In this document: one piece after another, positions 9,001 to 16,031 of the stretch
Layout of the letters: every line of letters starts with the position of its first letter
How positions within the stretch are numbered: position 1 is the stretch's first letter
From: Myxococcales bacterium
GTDB taxonomy: Bacteria; Myxococcota_A; Polyangia; Polyangiales; Polyangiaceae
Direction of reading: 5' to 3'
NCBI GenBank assembly: GCA_043747615.1
Contig: JAYTOU010000067.1
Coordinates: forward strand, 1 to 29,825
Length of the DNA stretch: 29,825 bases
Program-made: the position numbers and the translations under genes
The notes under the pieces: model-generated
The model's database searches: none
Seen by the model: the letters and a program-made list of their open reading frames with translations, nothing else
Told to the model about the DNA's origin: nothing

Positions 9001-11457
9001 TTGATCGCGAAGAAGCGAATCGACCCGGGCGATGAGCTCGCCGGACGAAGGATCATAGGCAAGCGCGCGGCGGAACACGGCGAGCGCACCTTGCACGTCG
9101 CCCACCGAGGCGAGGGAGTCCCCGGTGTGGCGCGCCAGATGAACGAGCGCCTTGCTGTCGATCGCGCGTTCGCCCAGTGCCTTGGAAAAAATCGCAGCCC
9201 GGCGTTTTCCGTCGCCGTCGTGGGCAAGCCCGATCACGCGCTCGATCCACGATTCGATGGGTTGTCCGCTCGCCGTCGCCTCCGCCAACCCGCGGCCTGC
9301 GAAATCGAGGGCATGCGGTTGGTGGACTGGGCTCGCTTCGGATGCCCGGACCGCTTCGTCGAATGCGCTCAGACGATCGGCCGGCTCCGCGCCGAAGGTG
9401 GCTTTCACCTCGAGGACCCGCAGGAGACCCGCGATCGACTCCTCCGCGCGGTAGAACGGCTCGAGCGCGCCAGCCGCCGCTGCCCGATGATCGCCCGCTG
9501 CAAGCAGTTTTTCCAGCGCCCCGCGACTCGTCTTTTCCCCGGCATCCGCGGCGAGCGCCCTACGGAAAGCGTCGATCGCGCCGCCCACGTCGCGCATCCG
9601 CTGCAGACGGACCGTTCCTGCGCGGGCGAGGATGACAGCGCGCTCACTTTCCGACGCGATGCGCGCGTCCTCCTCGAGCGTCGACGCTAGCTCGGCCCAC
9701 TGGTTGTGCGATTCGAGCAGCGGAATGAACTTGGAGTGGACCTCGCGAGACGGCCCGAACTTCTGGACGATCTCGCGCCACGCACCCATTGCCAGCGGCG
9801 AGTTCGGAGCGTTCTCGGAGAGCGTCTGCGCTGCGCGGAAGAGAAGAGCACGCGCTTCTTCGGGATCGGTTGCGTCCTTGGCGCGCTCCTGAAGCACGTA
9901 AGCAAGATCTGCCGGGCTCGCGGCTTCGCCGTAAATTTTCTCGAGCGCTTCGAGCGCCCGCTGGCGTACCGGTCCCTGGAGCAAGCGACGCCACGCCGGT
10001 GTCGATCGCGCCGGGTCGTTGAGCACGCCCATCGTGAGCTCGGCGAGTCGTTCGTCGTGGCTGCGAAGCTGCTCGGGGTCCGTCTCGACGTGCGCCATGC
10101 GCTCGAGCACGTCGGCCAGTAGGCGAGGCTCATCGTCCCCATAGAGCCCCGCGAGGGCACGCACGGATTTCAGGATGGCGTCAGGCGGCGCCGCCGGCAT
10201 GGCCAGAACGCTCGCAAAAACCGCCCGCGCGCGCTTCAGATCGCCCCCGGAGAGAAAGAGCTGCGCCATGTCGGCAGAGAGGCGAGCGCGCACCGGCGCG
10301 TCCTTCGCAGTGGTGGCGATCTTGGCGAGCGTGCGGGCGGCGTCGAGCTGTCGACCGAGCCCCGTGGCGAGCGCGAGGTAGCGGAGACGAAGCTCGTCGT
10401 CCGCCGGGTCGAGCGTGAGCGCGGCTTCCATCGCGTCGTACGCGCCGTTCGGATCGTTGAGTCGATCCTGCTTTATCAATCCCAGGCGACGAAGTACGTC
10501 GCGGCGCTTTGGTCCGCGGGTGTGCTCCAGCTCGACGGCGAGAAAACGGGCTACGTCCTCGGGCCGTCCCGATGCAGCGTGGGCCTCGGCGAGCGCAGCT
10601 GCGGCGCGCGCGGCGACGCCTTTGACCTCGAGCAGTTGCTCGGCGACCCGGCGCGCGCGCTCGTTGGTGGGCTCGAGCGCGAGAAGCGCCTCGACGTGCG
10701 GGACCGCTCGTTCTTGCTCTCCGAGCTCGTCGGCGTAGAGCTCGATCAAGCGTGCGCGCATGCGACGCGCGCTATCGGGCGAGATCGGCGGATCGGTGAC
10801 GAGCAAACCCTGTTCGAGAATGCGTGCGACGTCCCTGGGCTTTCCGGCGCGCGTAAGCGTTTCGGCGATGTACGTGCGTGCTTGCTCGTCAGACGGATCG
10901 AGGCGCAGCACTTGCTGCGACACATCGAAAGCCCTCTCCTCGGCGCCGGGAAGCGCTTGGTAGATCTCTGCCGCGCGCCTGAGTAGCTGGGCCTGCTCAG
11001 CGCGAGGTCGATGCAGTGCGCCATCGACGCATACGTCCGCGAGCTTCCGGAGGCTCTTCGCAGCAACGAGCTTCGCTTCCAGCATCGCGAACGCAGTGGC
11101 GTGAGAGGGGAGGGCAGTGAGAGCGCGCTCGAGGTAGGCAATGCTCCCCATGTCGTCGCCCAAAAAATCGCTGAAGAACGTTGCCGCCTGAAACATGAAC
11201 TCGGCGACGACCGCCGCCGGAAGCGTCTTCAGACGTTTTTCGTTGGTGGTCGACTCGTACGCAAAAGCGAGCTCGGCAAGCCGATTGTCGCGCACCGCAG
11301 CTTGATGCAGGCGCTTCCATGTGTCGGGCGTGAGGTTGTTTCGCGCGAGCGCGGTGAGCAGTGCGTCGAGGACGACTTCCTCGCTTTCGAGCTTCGTGTC
11401 GAGTGACGCGAGGATCGGCGGGGGAATGGTTCCTCGGCTGCGAGGCAGTTCGGCCAT
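1..11457 (-). CDS. Giant TPR/alpha-solenoid repeat protein (AgmK/GltI-like), >=3819 aa, 3' end beyond the left window edge
   Basis: Hand-translated from ATG at 11457 (MAELPRSRGTIPPPILASLDTKLESEEVVLDALL...). The same frame reads as TPR-like helical repeats at every point sampled (RAFDVSQQVLRLDPSDEQAR; LEEAISIDPAAESIRAKLAEIY; LEAATRIDPANAEILRALAELARDDGQLERAERSYRALL) and is still open at base 1 (...ERALRDDPMSVSVRDRLRDIYEK). The ORF track lists no minus-strand ORF in this frame over 1-11457, consistent with no internal stop, but I did not check every codon by hand. Confidence 0.92.
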   Translation of the reverse strand, partial: MAELPRSRGTIPPPILASLDTKLESEEVVLDALLTALARNNLTPDTWKRLHQAAVRDNRLAELAFAYESTTNEKRLKTLPAAVVAEFMFQAATFFSDFLGDDMGSIAYLERALTALPSHATAFAMLEAKLVAAKSLRKLADVCVDGALHRPRAEQAQLLRRAAEIYQALPGAEERAFDVSQQVLRLDPSDEQARTYIAETLTRAGKPRDVARILEQGLLVTDPPISPDSARRMRARLIELYADELGEQERAVPHVEALLALEPTNERARRVAEQLLEVKGVAARAAAALAEAHAASGRPEDVARFLAVELEHTRGPKRRDVLRRLGLIKQDRLNDPNGAYDAMEAALTLDPADDELRLRYLALATGLGRQLDAARTLAKIATTAKDAPVRARLSADMAQLFLSGGDLKRARAVFASVLAMPAAPPDAILKSVRALAGLYGDDEPRLLADVLERMAHVETDPEQLRSHDERLAELTMGVLNDPARSTPAWRRLLQGPVRQRALEALEKIYGEAASPADLAYVLQERAKDATDPEEARALLFRAAQTLSENAPNSPLAMGAWREIVQKFGPSREVHSKFIPLLESHNQWAELASTLEEDARIASESERAVILARAGTVRLQRMRDVGGAIDAFRRALAADAGEKTSRGALEKLLAAGDHRAAAAGALEPFYRAEESIAGLLRVLEVKATFGAEPADRLSAFDEAVRASEASPVHQPHALDFAGRGLAEATASGQPIESWIERVIGLAHDGDGKRRAAIFSKALGERAIDSKALVHLARHTGDSLASVGDVQGALAVFRRALAYDPSSGELIARVDSLLRDQGNPQDRVALYRSALEREGDPTKRRRLYHSIGAIERHELGDRSAAITSYRSALEADANDRDAYAALVELYTEAENWDDLMNHQDAELDRLTGSDRRRLQAELAVVAARHGRMPRAILHGHALLGDADLSAEDLDAVEKVANLTGDAELICAALERRAQSVGDPGDAVAALEKLGVMQKDLQQNPTEAMRTWKRASLLAEESNDFDAARRLYERVRKISPLDAEAAERLAALLEKQEKWSALPELYAVLVDGAATTAERCATLRRMAAVLADRLGDVSAATDAAARAFSLDPRSAESLTLYERLAVMAGATTAFGHAVDAAAEGADAGALTDLRLAKARVLSKDPNRHDDAAATYRALLEDPSADSTRRNAAFASFDRLLESSDAGEARRADRRWLLAWRAQHTEASERVQALLAWARAEESVFADVARALEVHRMVLESDAENVEAASAVARLTLASGDVEGAIAALVERRDRSDGAARRALDLEIASILIDQNAELDDALKSLAALLEEAPDDLDALALAARLLRVPAMAGAAMQVLERACGRVKEPEVRATVFAALIETPNEGVTSRREWFEQLIEAQRAQKKVEAALLTTLRAAEEFPDVPRFWERAEELARELQTPGGVADLFHRVLGQPLSSEDALEVGQRAVAFHEEWFDDPARVIAILERVLTLDPEASWAFDRLKLLFDSREQWDDLFVLYDRAILTAAPEKRAELLEDAAQTAKDFANHSERAIGYLEQLLVLRPKNARIISSLERLYERQGRHRELMALLTSQLAAMQPKEARETRARIAELALTELNDPAASLAVVEEILALDPSEQPSLSSLGDATSRPRLQVVELLQKILVAAPVGVEMRESMMPPPVGDSPTPRARAKRVPVRQRAAALLKEHYIETGNDAELTKVLEVELEAIKNVKERIRRHVRIAGLHVKLGNDLQALEHYVSLVTLETDVVAHRTALATLAERIGRFDRLAEVLSTAAEDCTDEALRIDLLMQAATVHEEKLNDATRAIELYLRILAISGADADAQLAASRRVEPLLLAAGRTRERLTVLERISDLEEDPAARKRALGTAARLAAELGEHDRAIGAWEARLSDGESDGEALDGLVELLEQGERWKALIGALGRRATQELADPEKQRADRVRIARIHSEQLADPEAAILAWTDTSKAFGPSDESTRALAGLLKSTSRWQELSELLESAAKTADSPDPKATLMRQLGDVRRERLHDAEGAIRSYEGALAADPTEEGAIEGLHALLEGDAHRASAVQVLLTTYASTDGWRAILDLTEHRLTAASDDAARTAVLRETAELAESRGKDYGAAFDAIRRAFLLDPSDTALESNFYRLAELTDDWRTFADTHRRAIDALDAADPRDPVLLALLRVRLGEVLERLDDPRGALMAYLRAVSDVPDDLSACCAAVRVAGPNMRWDAAAKVVVQYAMATNRLEESLFGTVEMVATSPSAWDGVTGAFAAAISERPDLPLKIARDLESRIAAWHRDRRGDPDAAEAAFMRALAHDSLNADILGALAQLQRRAKGRPLVDSLLRLSQATGGDLDLLKEAAEIATSAVVDRGLAKSILERLMKLATERWLGREAPTDVTSGTPAPADAYVRWAIAELTRIHNEEGDAERIVDLLVEASRLPFDEQSSRAMRHQAARVAVDRLSDADRAIQLYQGLFDENTSDDEASAQLISLYTSLSRNDDLLALRERQIEIVTHPATRVALRLQSARLQVTLGKLEDAVRTLLANLREDPRDAETVTELVGIYHDRHAELAALLADQAALAETAEDSGRAAHFWAQAAQVAEERLKDADAAITYHARVVALTPVAGSFDALARLSAARQDFVATAEHLTQLRECVPVEERAEVTLRLSEALLKAGREDLARARLEEAISIDPAAESIRAKLAEIYRRTSEFLPLASLLASGAANTTDRILKLARLREAAELYQTQCGDPASAVPLLEQASIVEPEDRNIRLVLADTLGAAGRVPEALALLRTLVDGFGGRRPKERAPVHYHLARLALTTGDRAQAMGELEAATRIDPANAEILRALAELARDDGQLERAERSYRALLAVVRRQDDPDPAAPVVRSEVLLELSEIAKRQGESERASEILESALEAAANHPVEALRLENALRERSSYETLVRALELRLAREDNSPKAAEVLFELADVLGNRLGRDEEAFAAGLRAVGISPASPAAHASMLTLARRTHAVPRYASTLTELGAKAETDEDSALGREIYMRLGDIYENETEDFARAASFFERAERLGPQSGDLLRSLERVYERQGNREGQERILVELVELEKKAMPANAKQVADALLRLAALRLDSPEKIRVTCDLIAEALDLDSTSEQATDLLRRAADAHQTNDDVLAFYERVARKANSAFALLDALRRRAELPAPATAALREAVTLAVKLGERDTAEALLRKYVLVFRADPEERAHAEWALMALAEIVEAKGDVREALTIRREAADFAEPDASRKIRFDIARDASEKLADPRLAASMFGELLEEDSTDRAAWEPLLGLYRQTGETERLAGLLVTVIAAMDDDGERVRLRLERARLLLEGDSTSDEGASELRTIIDDDPTQEEAANMLTAILYRKGDEAELATLLTKQLDAAKDREDAKRVASLTARLGAILEKRDPAGAIEVYRGGLDWDANNVPLLQALLALLMVHGDATDRGEVMERLLPHATGVEAEKLALDLSVMREEAWDTEGAERAVAAGFKAFPGSTQLRDRLMTLYAERADWAKLAEVQVLDASTREGGRERAELLREAAKLFRIELKAPERAATLLREARAAAPADRELFMELVASLTEAGNFQGAAAELTAAAANLSENDPERAPLLSQRAGLRAKLGDHGGALYDLERAYALDPKNHVDQLTTQLERLREDAAAQGEIAKEGAIVLRIAGLLLKTGRAEAARAHLSDLLTRDRDNREALRTLSQLEVSLEHWEGAIAALERLVRLEEGNELADTAMKLAEVCEKAGMLANARAGLERALRDDPMSVSVRDRLRDIYEK

Positions 11458-11482
11458 GTCGGGACTGGCGAGCGTATCAACG

Positions 11483-11511
11483 TTCCCTCGCGAAAGTGCA
11501 GCGCGAAGGAA
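11483..11511. promoter_or_regulatory. Inverted repeat upstream of the giant TPR gene (operator or RNA hairpin)
   Basis: TTCCCTCGCG-N9-CGCGAAGGAA, 9 of 10 positions complementary (10 of 10 with a G-U pair on the minus strand), 25 nt upstream of the start codon. Confidence 0.4.
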
Positions 11512-11563
11512 GGTGCGCTTATGTGCAGGTGGGTGGAGTCGAAGATCCCAAATTGGTGCTTGC

Positions 11564-13480
11564 CTACCTACCGTTGTTCGCGTTGACGGAGGTCTGGCCG
11601 TGGTAGTTGCGGGTGATCTCCGCTTCGTCCAGGAAGCCGATGATCCGACCCGCATCGTCGATCACCAGCAGCTCGCGAACGCCGTGGGTGAGCATGGCCT
11701 CGAGCGCTACGTGCAGATCGTCGGCCTCGTTGACCGACAGCGGAGCGCTCATCATGTCGTCGGCCAGAGCAAAGCTCGCGAGGTCCGGGTCGACGGCCAT
11801 CGTTTTCAAGATTTCCGCGCTCACGATCCCCGCCAACTTGCCGTCCTCGCTCACCACCGGAAATGCGTCCTGCCAGCCCGAGCTCGCCACTTTCTGAATC
11901 ACCTCCGCGGCTGGTGTTCTGCGCTCGAACGTGACGTAGGGACGATCGCGAACCACCACGTCGCCCACCTTCACCGTCTTCAGGACGTCGAAGATCATGT
12001 CGTCGTGATGGGCCGGCGACTCGCGGCGGCTTCCCACCTGCGAGTGGTAGAGCGAACTGTGCCGCAGGGCGACGAAGGCGATTCCCTCCGCGAGCATGAG
12101 GGGCACCAGCAGATCGTAGCTGCCCGCGAGCTCGCACGTCATGACCAGGGATGCGAGCGGAACGTGGGCGAGGCCACCGTAGAACGTGGCCATTCCCACG
12201 AGCGCGAACGCTCCAGGATCGATGCGCGGATCGTGGAAAACCAGCTGCGCAGCGCGCCCGAAGGCACCACCGAACAGGCCGCCGATGACGAGTGATGGCC
12301 CGAAGTCACCCGCGCTCCCTCCCGATCCGACGGTGAACGCCGTGGCCATGATCTTCACCGCTCCGAGAAGGACGAGAAGCTCGACTCCGCGCCAGCCTGT
12401 CGGAAACCAATCTGCGCCGGTGATCGCTACCTGCGCTGCGCCGTAGCCTCCGCCGAGGACCCCGAGCCCTTGCCCGGCGGGGCCCACGCTCGGTCCGACG
12501 AGCATCAAGATCGGCGTGGCGATGATTCCGAGCGCGAGACCTCCGATGGCGGGTTTCGCCCACGCCGGAAGCTTTGACTGCTTCGCCAAGCGCTGAACGC
12601 CGTGCAGAGTGCCCGCGAAGCCGGCCGCGACGAGCGACACGATCACGGCCATCAGCGCATAGAGCGGAAGATGCATCGGGATGAACGGGTAGCGCGGAGA
12701 GTGCGCGAACAGCGTGGTCTCACCGAAGAAGGAAATGAAAACCGAGTAGGAGACGACGCTCGACAGGACGGCAGGGACGAGCGCGTCCGATTCGAAATCA
12801 TCACGGTGAAGCACCTCCACGGCGAGGAGCGCGGCGCCGAGGGGCGTGCGAAAAACCGCAGCCATTCCTGCGGCCGTGCCCGCGACTAGAAGAATTCGCC
12901 GCTCGCGATCCGTGACCCGCAGGTAGCGCGCCACGATCGATCCGATCGCTCCCCCGATTTGCATCGTGGGCCCTTCGCGTCCGCCCGAGCCTCCGCTGCC
13001 TAGGGTGAGGACGGAAGCGATGGCTTTGACGAACGGCACGCGCCGCCGGACAGCGCCGTTCTTGTTGTGGAATGCATCGATGATGGCGTCCGAGCCGCCG
13101 CCCATGGTCTCCGGTGCGAAGTGAAATGAGATCACGCCCGCCCCGAGCGCGCCGAGCGCAGGGATGATCCAGATCAGCCAGGGCCGAAACGCGGGAAGGG
13201 CGAACCCGCCGATGATCTCCTCGCCCTGGGCCCGCAATGGAAGGTATCCCACTCCCCGCTCGAGAATGACGTGCTGGGCGATCTCGAGCGCCCAAAAAAA
13301 GAGCGAGCTCGCGATGCCCGCGGCCACGCCAACGAGGGCCGAGTGCAGAAGCATGCGCCCGAGGAGCTGGAGCTCCAGTGGGGAGCCGGGGACAGACGTC
13401 GATCGAAAGAGCGCCCGCACGCGAGCGATCCGATTCGGCGCCGCCTTGGGCCGCGCGCTCTCGGGCAAGCTCTCAGGCAC
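11564..13480 (-). CDS. CLC-family chloride channel/transporter with C-terminal CBS pair
   Basis: 638 aa, many hydrophobic segments. CLC motifs GSGGREGP (gating Glu), FRTPLG and GGSAGDFGP; C-terminal CBS domains (FPVVSEDGKLAGIVS). GTG start overlaps the upstream amidohydrolase stop by 8 nt. Confidence 0.93.
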   Translation of the reverse strand: MPESLPESARPKAAPNRIARVRALFRSTSVPGSPLELQLLGRMLLHSALVGVAAGIASSLFFWALEIAQHVILERGVGYLPLRAQGEEIIGGFALPAFRPWLIWIIPALGALGAGVISFHFAPETMGGGSDAIIDAFHNKNGAVRRRVPFVKAIASVLTLGSGGSGGREGPTMQIGGAIGSIVARYLRVTDRERRILLVAGTAAGMAAVFRTPLGAALLAVEVLHRDDFESDALVPAVLSSVVSYSVFISFFGETTLFAHSPRYPFIPMHLPLYALMAVIVSLVAAGFAGTLHGVQRLAKQSKLPAWAKPAIGGLALGIIATPILMLVGPSVGPAGQGLGVLGGGYGAAQVAITGADWFPTGWRGVELLVLLGAVKIMATAFTVGSGGSAGDFGPSLVIGGLFGGAFGRAAQLVFHDPRIDPGAFALVGMATFYGGLAHVPLASLVMTCELAGSYDLLVPLMLAEGIAFVALRHSSLYHSQVGSRRESPAHHDDMIFDVLKTVKVGDVVVRDRPYVTFERRTPAAEVIQKVASSGWQDAFPVVSEDGKLAGIVSAEILKTMAVDPDLASFALADDMMSAPLSVNEADDLHVALEAMLTHGVRELLVIDDAGRIIGFLDEAEITRNYHGQTSVNANNGR

Positions 13481-14399
13481 CGCGCCCTGCCGGCTCGTCT
13501 GCGATGCGGAAAAAATCGCGCGCCGTCTTTCCGAGCACCTGCTCGAGCACCGCGTCGTTCATCCCGTGCGAGCGGATTCGCGCGAGCTCGCGATCCCACG
13601 CATAAGGCAAATTCGGAAAATCGGTTCCGTACATGATTCGCTCAGGCCGGCCCAAAATGAGCCTATTGGGTGCCGGCGGAAAAAACTCAGCGAGCATCAT
13701 CGTCGTGTCGAGCCAGAGGTTGTCGTACTTTGCGAGGAGGCGCTCGTAGCCGTCGAACTCGTCTGCGCCGAGGTGGGGTACGCACAGCCGAAGCTTCGGA
13801 TGCTCGCGAAGCACGCGCTCCACCCGATCGACCGAGCAGAGCTCGTGCGGATCACGCGGGTACGCTGCGCTTCTCGGCTCGCGTCCTGCGTGCATCACCA
13901 GGGGCAGGTCGTGCTTGACGCACGTCTCGTAGATCTCTCGGAGCGGATCGGCGTCTGCCTCGAAACATTGCACGTGACAGTGAAGCTTGACCCCTCTTAG
14001 GCCTTGCGCGAAGGCTTCTTCGACGATCGTCGCGGCCTCGGCCTCACCAGGGAAAACCGTGGCCATCCCCGTCACGCGAAGGTTCGTCCGGCACACCTCC
14101 GCGACGTACGCGTTCATCACCCGGGCCATTCCCGGTTTATGTGCATAGTGCAAGGCGACGATGTGCCCGACCCCGCGCGAGAGGAGAAACGATAAAACCT
14201 CCGGCGTGTGCAGCTTGTAGCGAACGTTCCATCCGTGGACGTCGAACCAGCGCCAGATGGCATCGAAGATTCGATCCGCAAAGATGTGCACATGCGCATC
14301 CACGATGAAGGGCAAGTCAGGATCCACCCGCGCCCCCTCCTCGTCATCCAGCGCCGCGAGCGGCATCTGCATCGAAGCCGCACACGGCGAAGGATTCAT
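13473..14399 (-). CDS. Amidohydrolase family protein (Amidohydro_2-type TIM-barrel metallohydrolase)
   Basis: Motifs IVDAHVH, GVKLH, VMHAG, VPHLG and MYGTDFP. Start moved from 14609 to ATG 14399 because the 70-aa extension looks non-homologous and a TATATT -10-like box lies 8 nt upstream of 14399. Confidence 0.88.
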   Translation of the reverse strand: MNPSPCAASMQMPLAALDDEEGARVDPDLPFIVDAHVHIFADRIFDAIWRWFDVHGWNVRYKLHTPEVLSFLLSRGVGHIVALHYAHKPGMARVMNAYVAEVCRTNLRVTGMATVFPGEAEAATIVEEAFAQGLRGVKLHCHVQCFEADADPLREIYETCVKHDLPLVMHAGREPRSAAYPRDPHELCSVDRVERVLREHPKLRLCVPHLGADEFDGYERLLAKYDNLWLDTTMMLAEFFPPAPNRLILGRPERIMYGTDFPNLPYAWDRELARIRSHGMNDAVLEQVLGKTARDFFRIADEPAGRGA

Positions 14400-14641
14400 C
14401 GTCGGGCAATATAGCTCAGATGCTGCCGGCAGTGCGGTACAGGCCCGGGGATCACGAGAGGTGTGGTGCGCCGCCGCCGCCTCGGGAAGCATCACCTCTT
14501 GTCCGTCGGCGATCGAGGTGTCCGGCACGCGATCGATCGCAGCGACGTCTTCCGACGTTGTCCAGCATCGTGTCCCAGCAAGTGGCGGCAGGCGCTCTGC
14601 AAATTTCAAAATTCGACCAAAACGGTAAAAAGACGCTGAAA

Positions 14642-15904
14642 TTACGCGGCTTTCGAAATCAGCGCTTCCAGGCGATCGAGGGCGCGATCGAGGACAGCCA
14701 TTTCCGGTCCGAACGAGAATCGGACGTAGCCGCGGAAGCGTGACGAACGACCGGCACGGCGCTTACCCGGATTGACGTCGAAGAACTCGCCGGGAACGGC
14801 GATCACCTTTACGCCGAGGGCGGCGCGGAAGAACCCCATCCCATCGTTGAAGGGAGCCGGGAGCGCGCTCACGTCGCCCCAGAGGTAGAACGTGCCGTCG
14901 GGAACGCGATCGAAGCGGACTCCGAGTCGCTCGAGGCGCGAGAGCATGCGATCGCGTTTGTCGCGGAAGGCGTTGTGAATCGCCATGGTCTCGCGGTTCA
15001 CGTAGTCCTCGGCGAGCAGAGGAATGGCCGCGCGCTGAAGAGGCCGCGATCCGCCGCCGTCGAGGAACGAGCCCGCGCTCCCGAGCTTTTCGATGACCTG
15101 CCTCGGGCCGATGGCCCACGTCACTCGCCAACCGGGGTACCGCCAATTTTTGGTGAAGCCGTCGAAGATGAGGACCGGATCGCGATCGACGTCTCCCACG
15201 TAACGCGCCGCACTCTCAACGGGCAACGACCCACGCCGCGCGCGGTAGATGTAGTGCGAATAGAACTCGTCGATGAGGAGCGTGCAATCGAGCTCGCGGC
15301 AGATGGCCACCCACTTTGCGAGCTCTTCGCCTTCGACGAGCTTGCCCGTTGGGTTGCAGGGGTTCGACAAGAGGAGCGCCGAAAGCCCGCGACCAAGTAC
15401 TTCCTTCCGCAAATCCTCCGCACTGAACGCGTAACCGTGCTCACCGTCCAGGAGGATCGGAATGGCGGTGAATGCCTTGAAGATGTCGAGCAGCTCCTCG
15501 TACGCCGTGTAGTCGGGTAGGAAGTGGCCGAGGTTGATGGTGCCGAGGCTCGCCGCCGCGCGAGTAAGGGCAGTTCGTCCGCCGCCCGAGACGCAGACGT
15601 TCTCCGCAGAGTATTGGGAGGGGAGCCCTCGTCGATACAACTTATTGTAAAGTGCAGCTATTGCTTCGCGAAGCTCGGTCAGACCCACGACCGGCGCGTA
15701 CTCTTGATCGTCGACGGCGATCTTCACCTCATGAATGCGCGGCGGCGCGCCCGGAAGCTCTCCGGTCTCCGGCTGCCCCTGTCCGAGGTTGCACCATTCG
15801 GGATCGCCGCTGTGGAAGCCGAGCTTCGCCGCCTCCGTGGTCACGTAGATGACGCCCGTGCGCGGGACCGGTCGAAACGCTGCGATGTGATGCTCTTCCG
15901 TCAT
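14642..15904 (-). CDS. PLP-dependent aminotransferase class I/II
   Basis: Motifs NLGQGQP, SNPCNPTG, DEFY and GFTKNWRYPGWR (PLP lysine). Start set at ATG 15904 (MTEEHH...), with TACACT 8 nt upstream. Confidence 0.92.
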   Translation of the reverse strand: MTEEHHIAAFRPVPRTGVIYVTTEAAKLGFHSGDPEWCNLGQGQPETGELPGAPPRIHEVKIAVDDQEYAPVVGLTELREAIAALYNKLYRRGLPSQYSAENVCVSGGGRTALTRAAASLGTINLGHFLPDYTAYEELLDIFKAFTAIPILLDGEHGYAFSAEDLRKEVLGRGLSALLLSNPCNPTGKLVEGEELAKWVAICRELDCTLLIDEFYSHYIYRARRGSLPVESAARYVGDVDRDPVLIFDGFTKNWRYPGWRVTWAIGPRQVIEKLGSAGSFLDGGGSRPLQRAAIPLLAEDYVNRETMAIHNAFRDKRDRMLSRLERLGVRFDRVPDGTFYLWGDVSALPAPFNDGMGFFRAALGVKVIAVPGEFFDVNPGKRRAGRSSRFRGYVRFSFGPEMAVLDRALDRLEALISKAA

Positions 15905-15992
15905 CGGCACGAAGTGTAAACGACGAGCCCCATGCGCCGTCAAAAGATGCACGTTCCGCCGTCGCTCGCCAACAAAGCCACGACAACTTCAG

Positions 15993-16008
15993 TGGCATGT
16001 GCTGTGCT
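15993..16008 (+). promoter_or_regulatory. Putative sigma54 (-24/-12) promoter
   Basis: TGGCATG-TGCT-GTGCT with exact GG-N10-GC spacing. Predicted +1 near 16019, followed by AGGAGG (16023-16028) and ATG 16032. Confidence 0.6.
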
Positions 16009-16031
16009 GAAGAAGTCAGCGCAGGAGGTCT

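Noticed and set aside
283..11406. Many long plus-strand ORFs (e.g. 283-1482, 6016-7095, 8893-9690)
   Set aside because: Antisense shadows of the giant TPR gene caused by GC-rich codon bias; Arg-rich, with no recognisable motifs.
11458..11655. In-frame upstream ATG (11655) extending the giant TPR ORF
   Set aside because: It would overlap the CLC gene by ~90 nt and the extension is not repeat-like; 11457 preferred.
11321..12295. 324-aa plus-strand ORF
   Set aside because: Antisense to the well-supported CLC gene.
14586..14601. Plus-strand GG-N10-GC motif CGGCAGGCGCTCTGCA
   Set aside because: Weaker match to the sigma54 consensus and it points only antisense into the aminotransferase 3' end; plausible by chance.
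14400..14609. 70-aa N-terminal extension of the amidohydrolase
   Set aside because: TTG start without SD and no family-like sequence; a -10-like box supports 14399.
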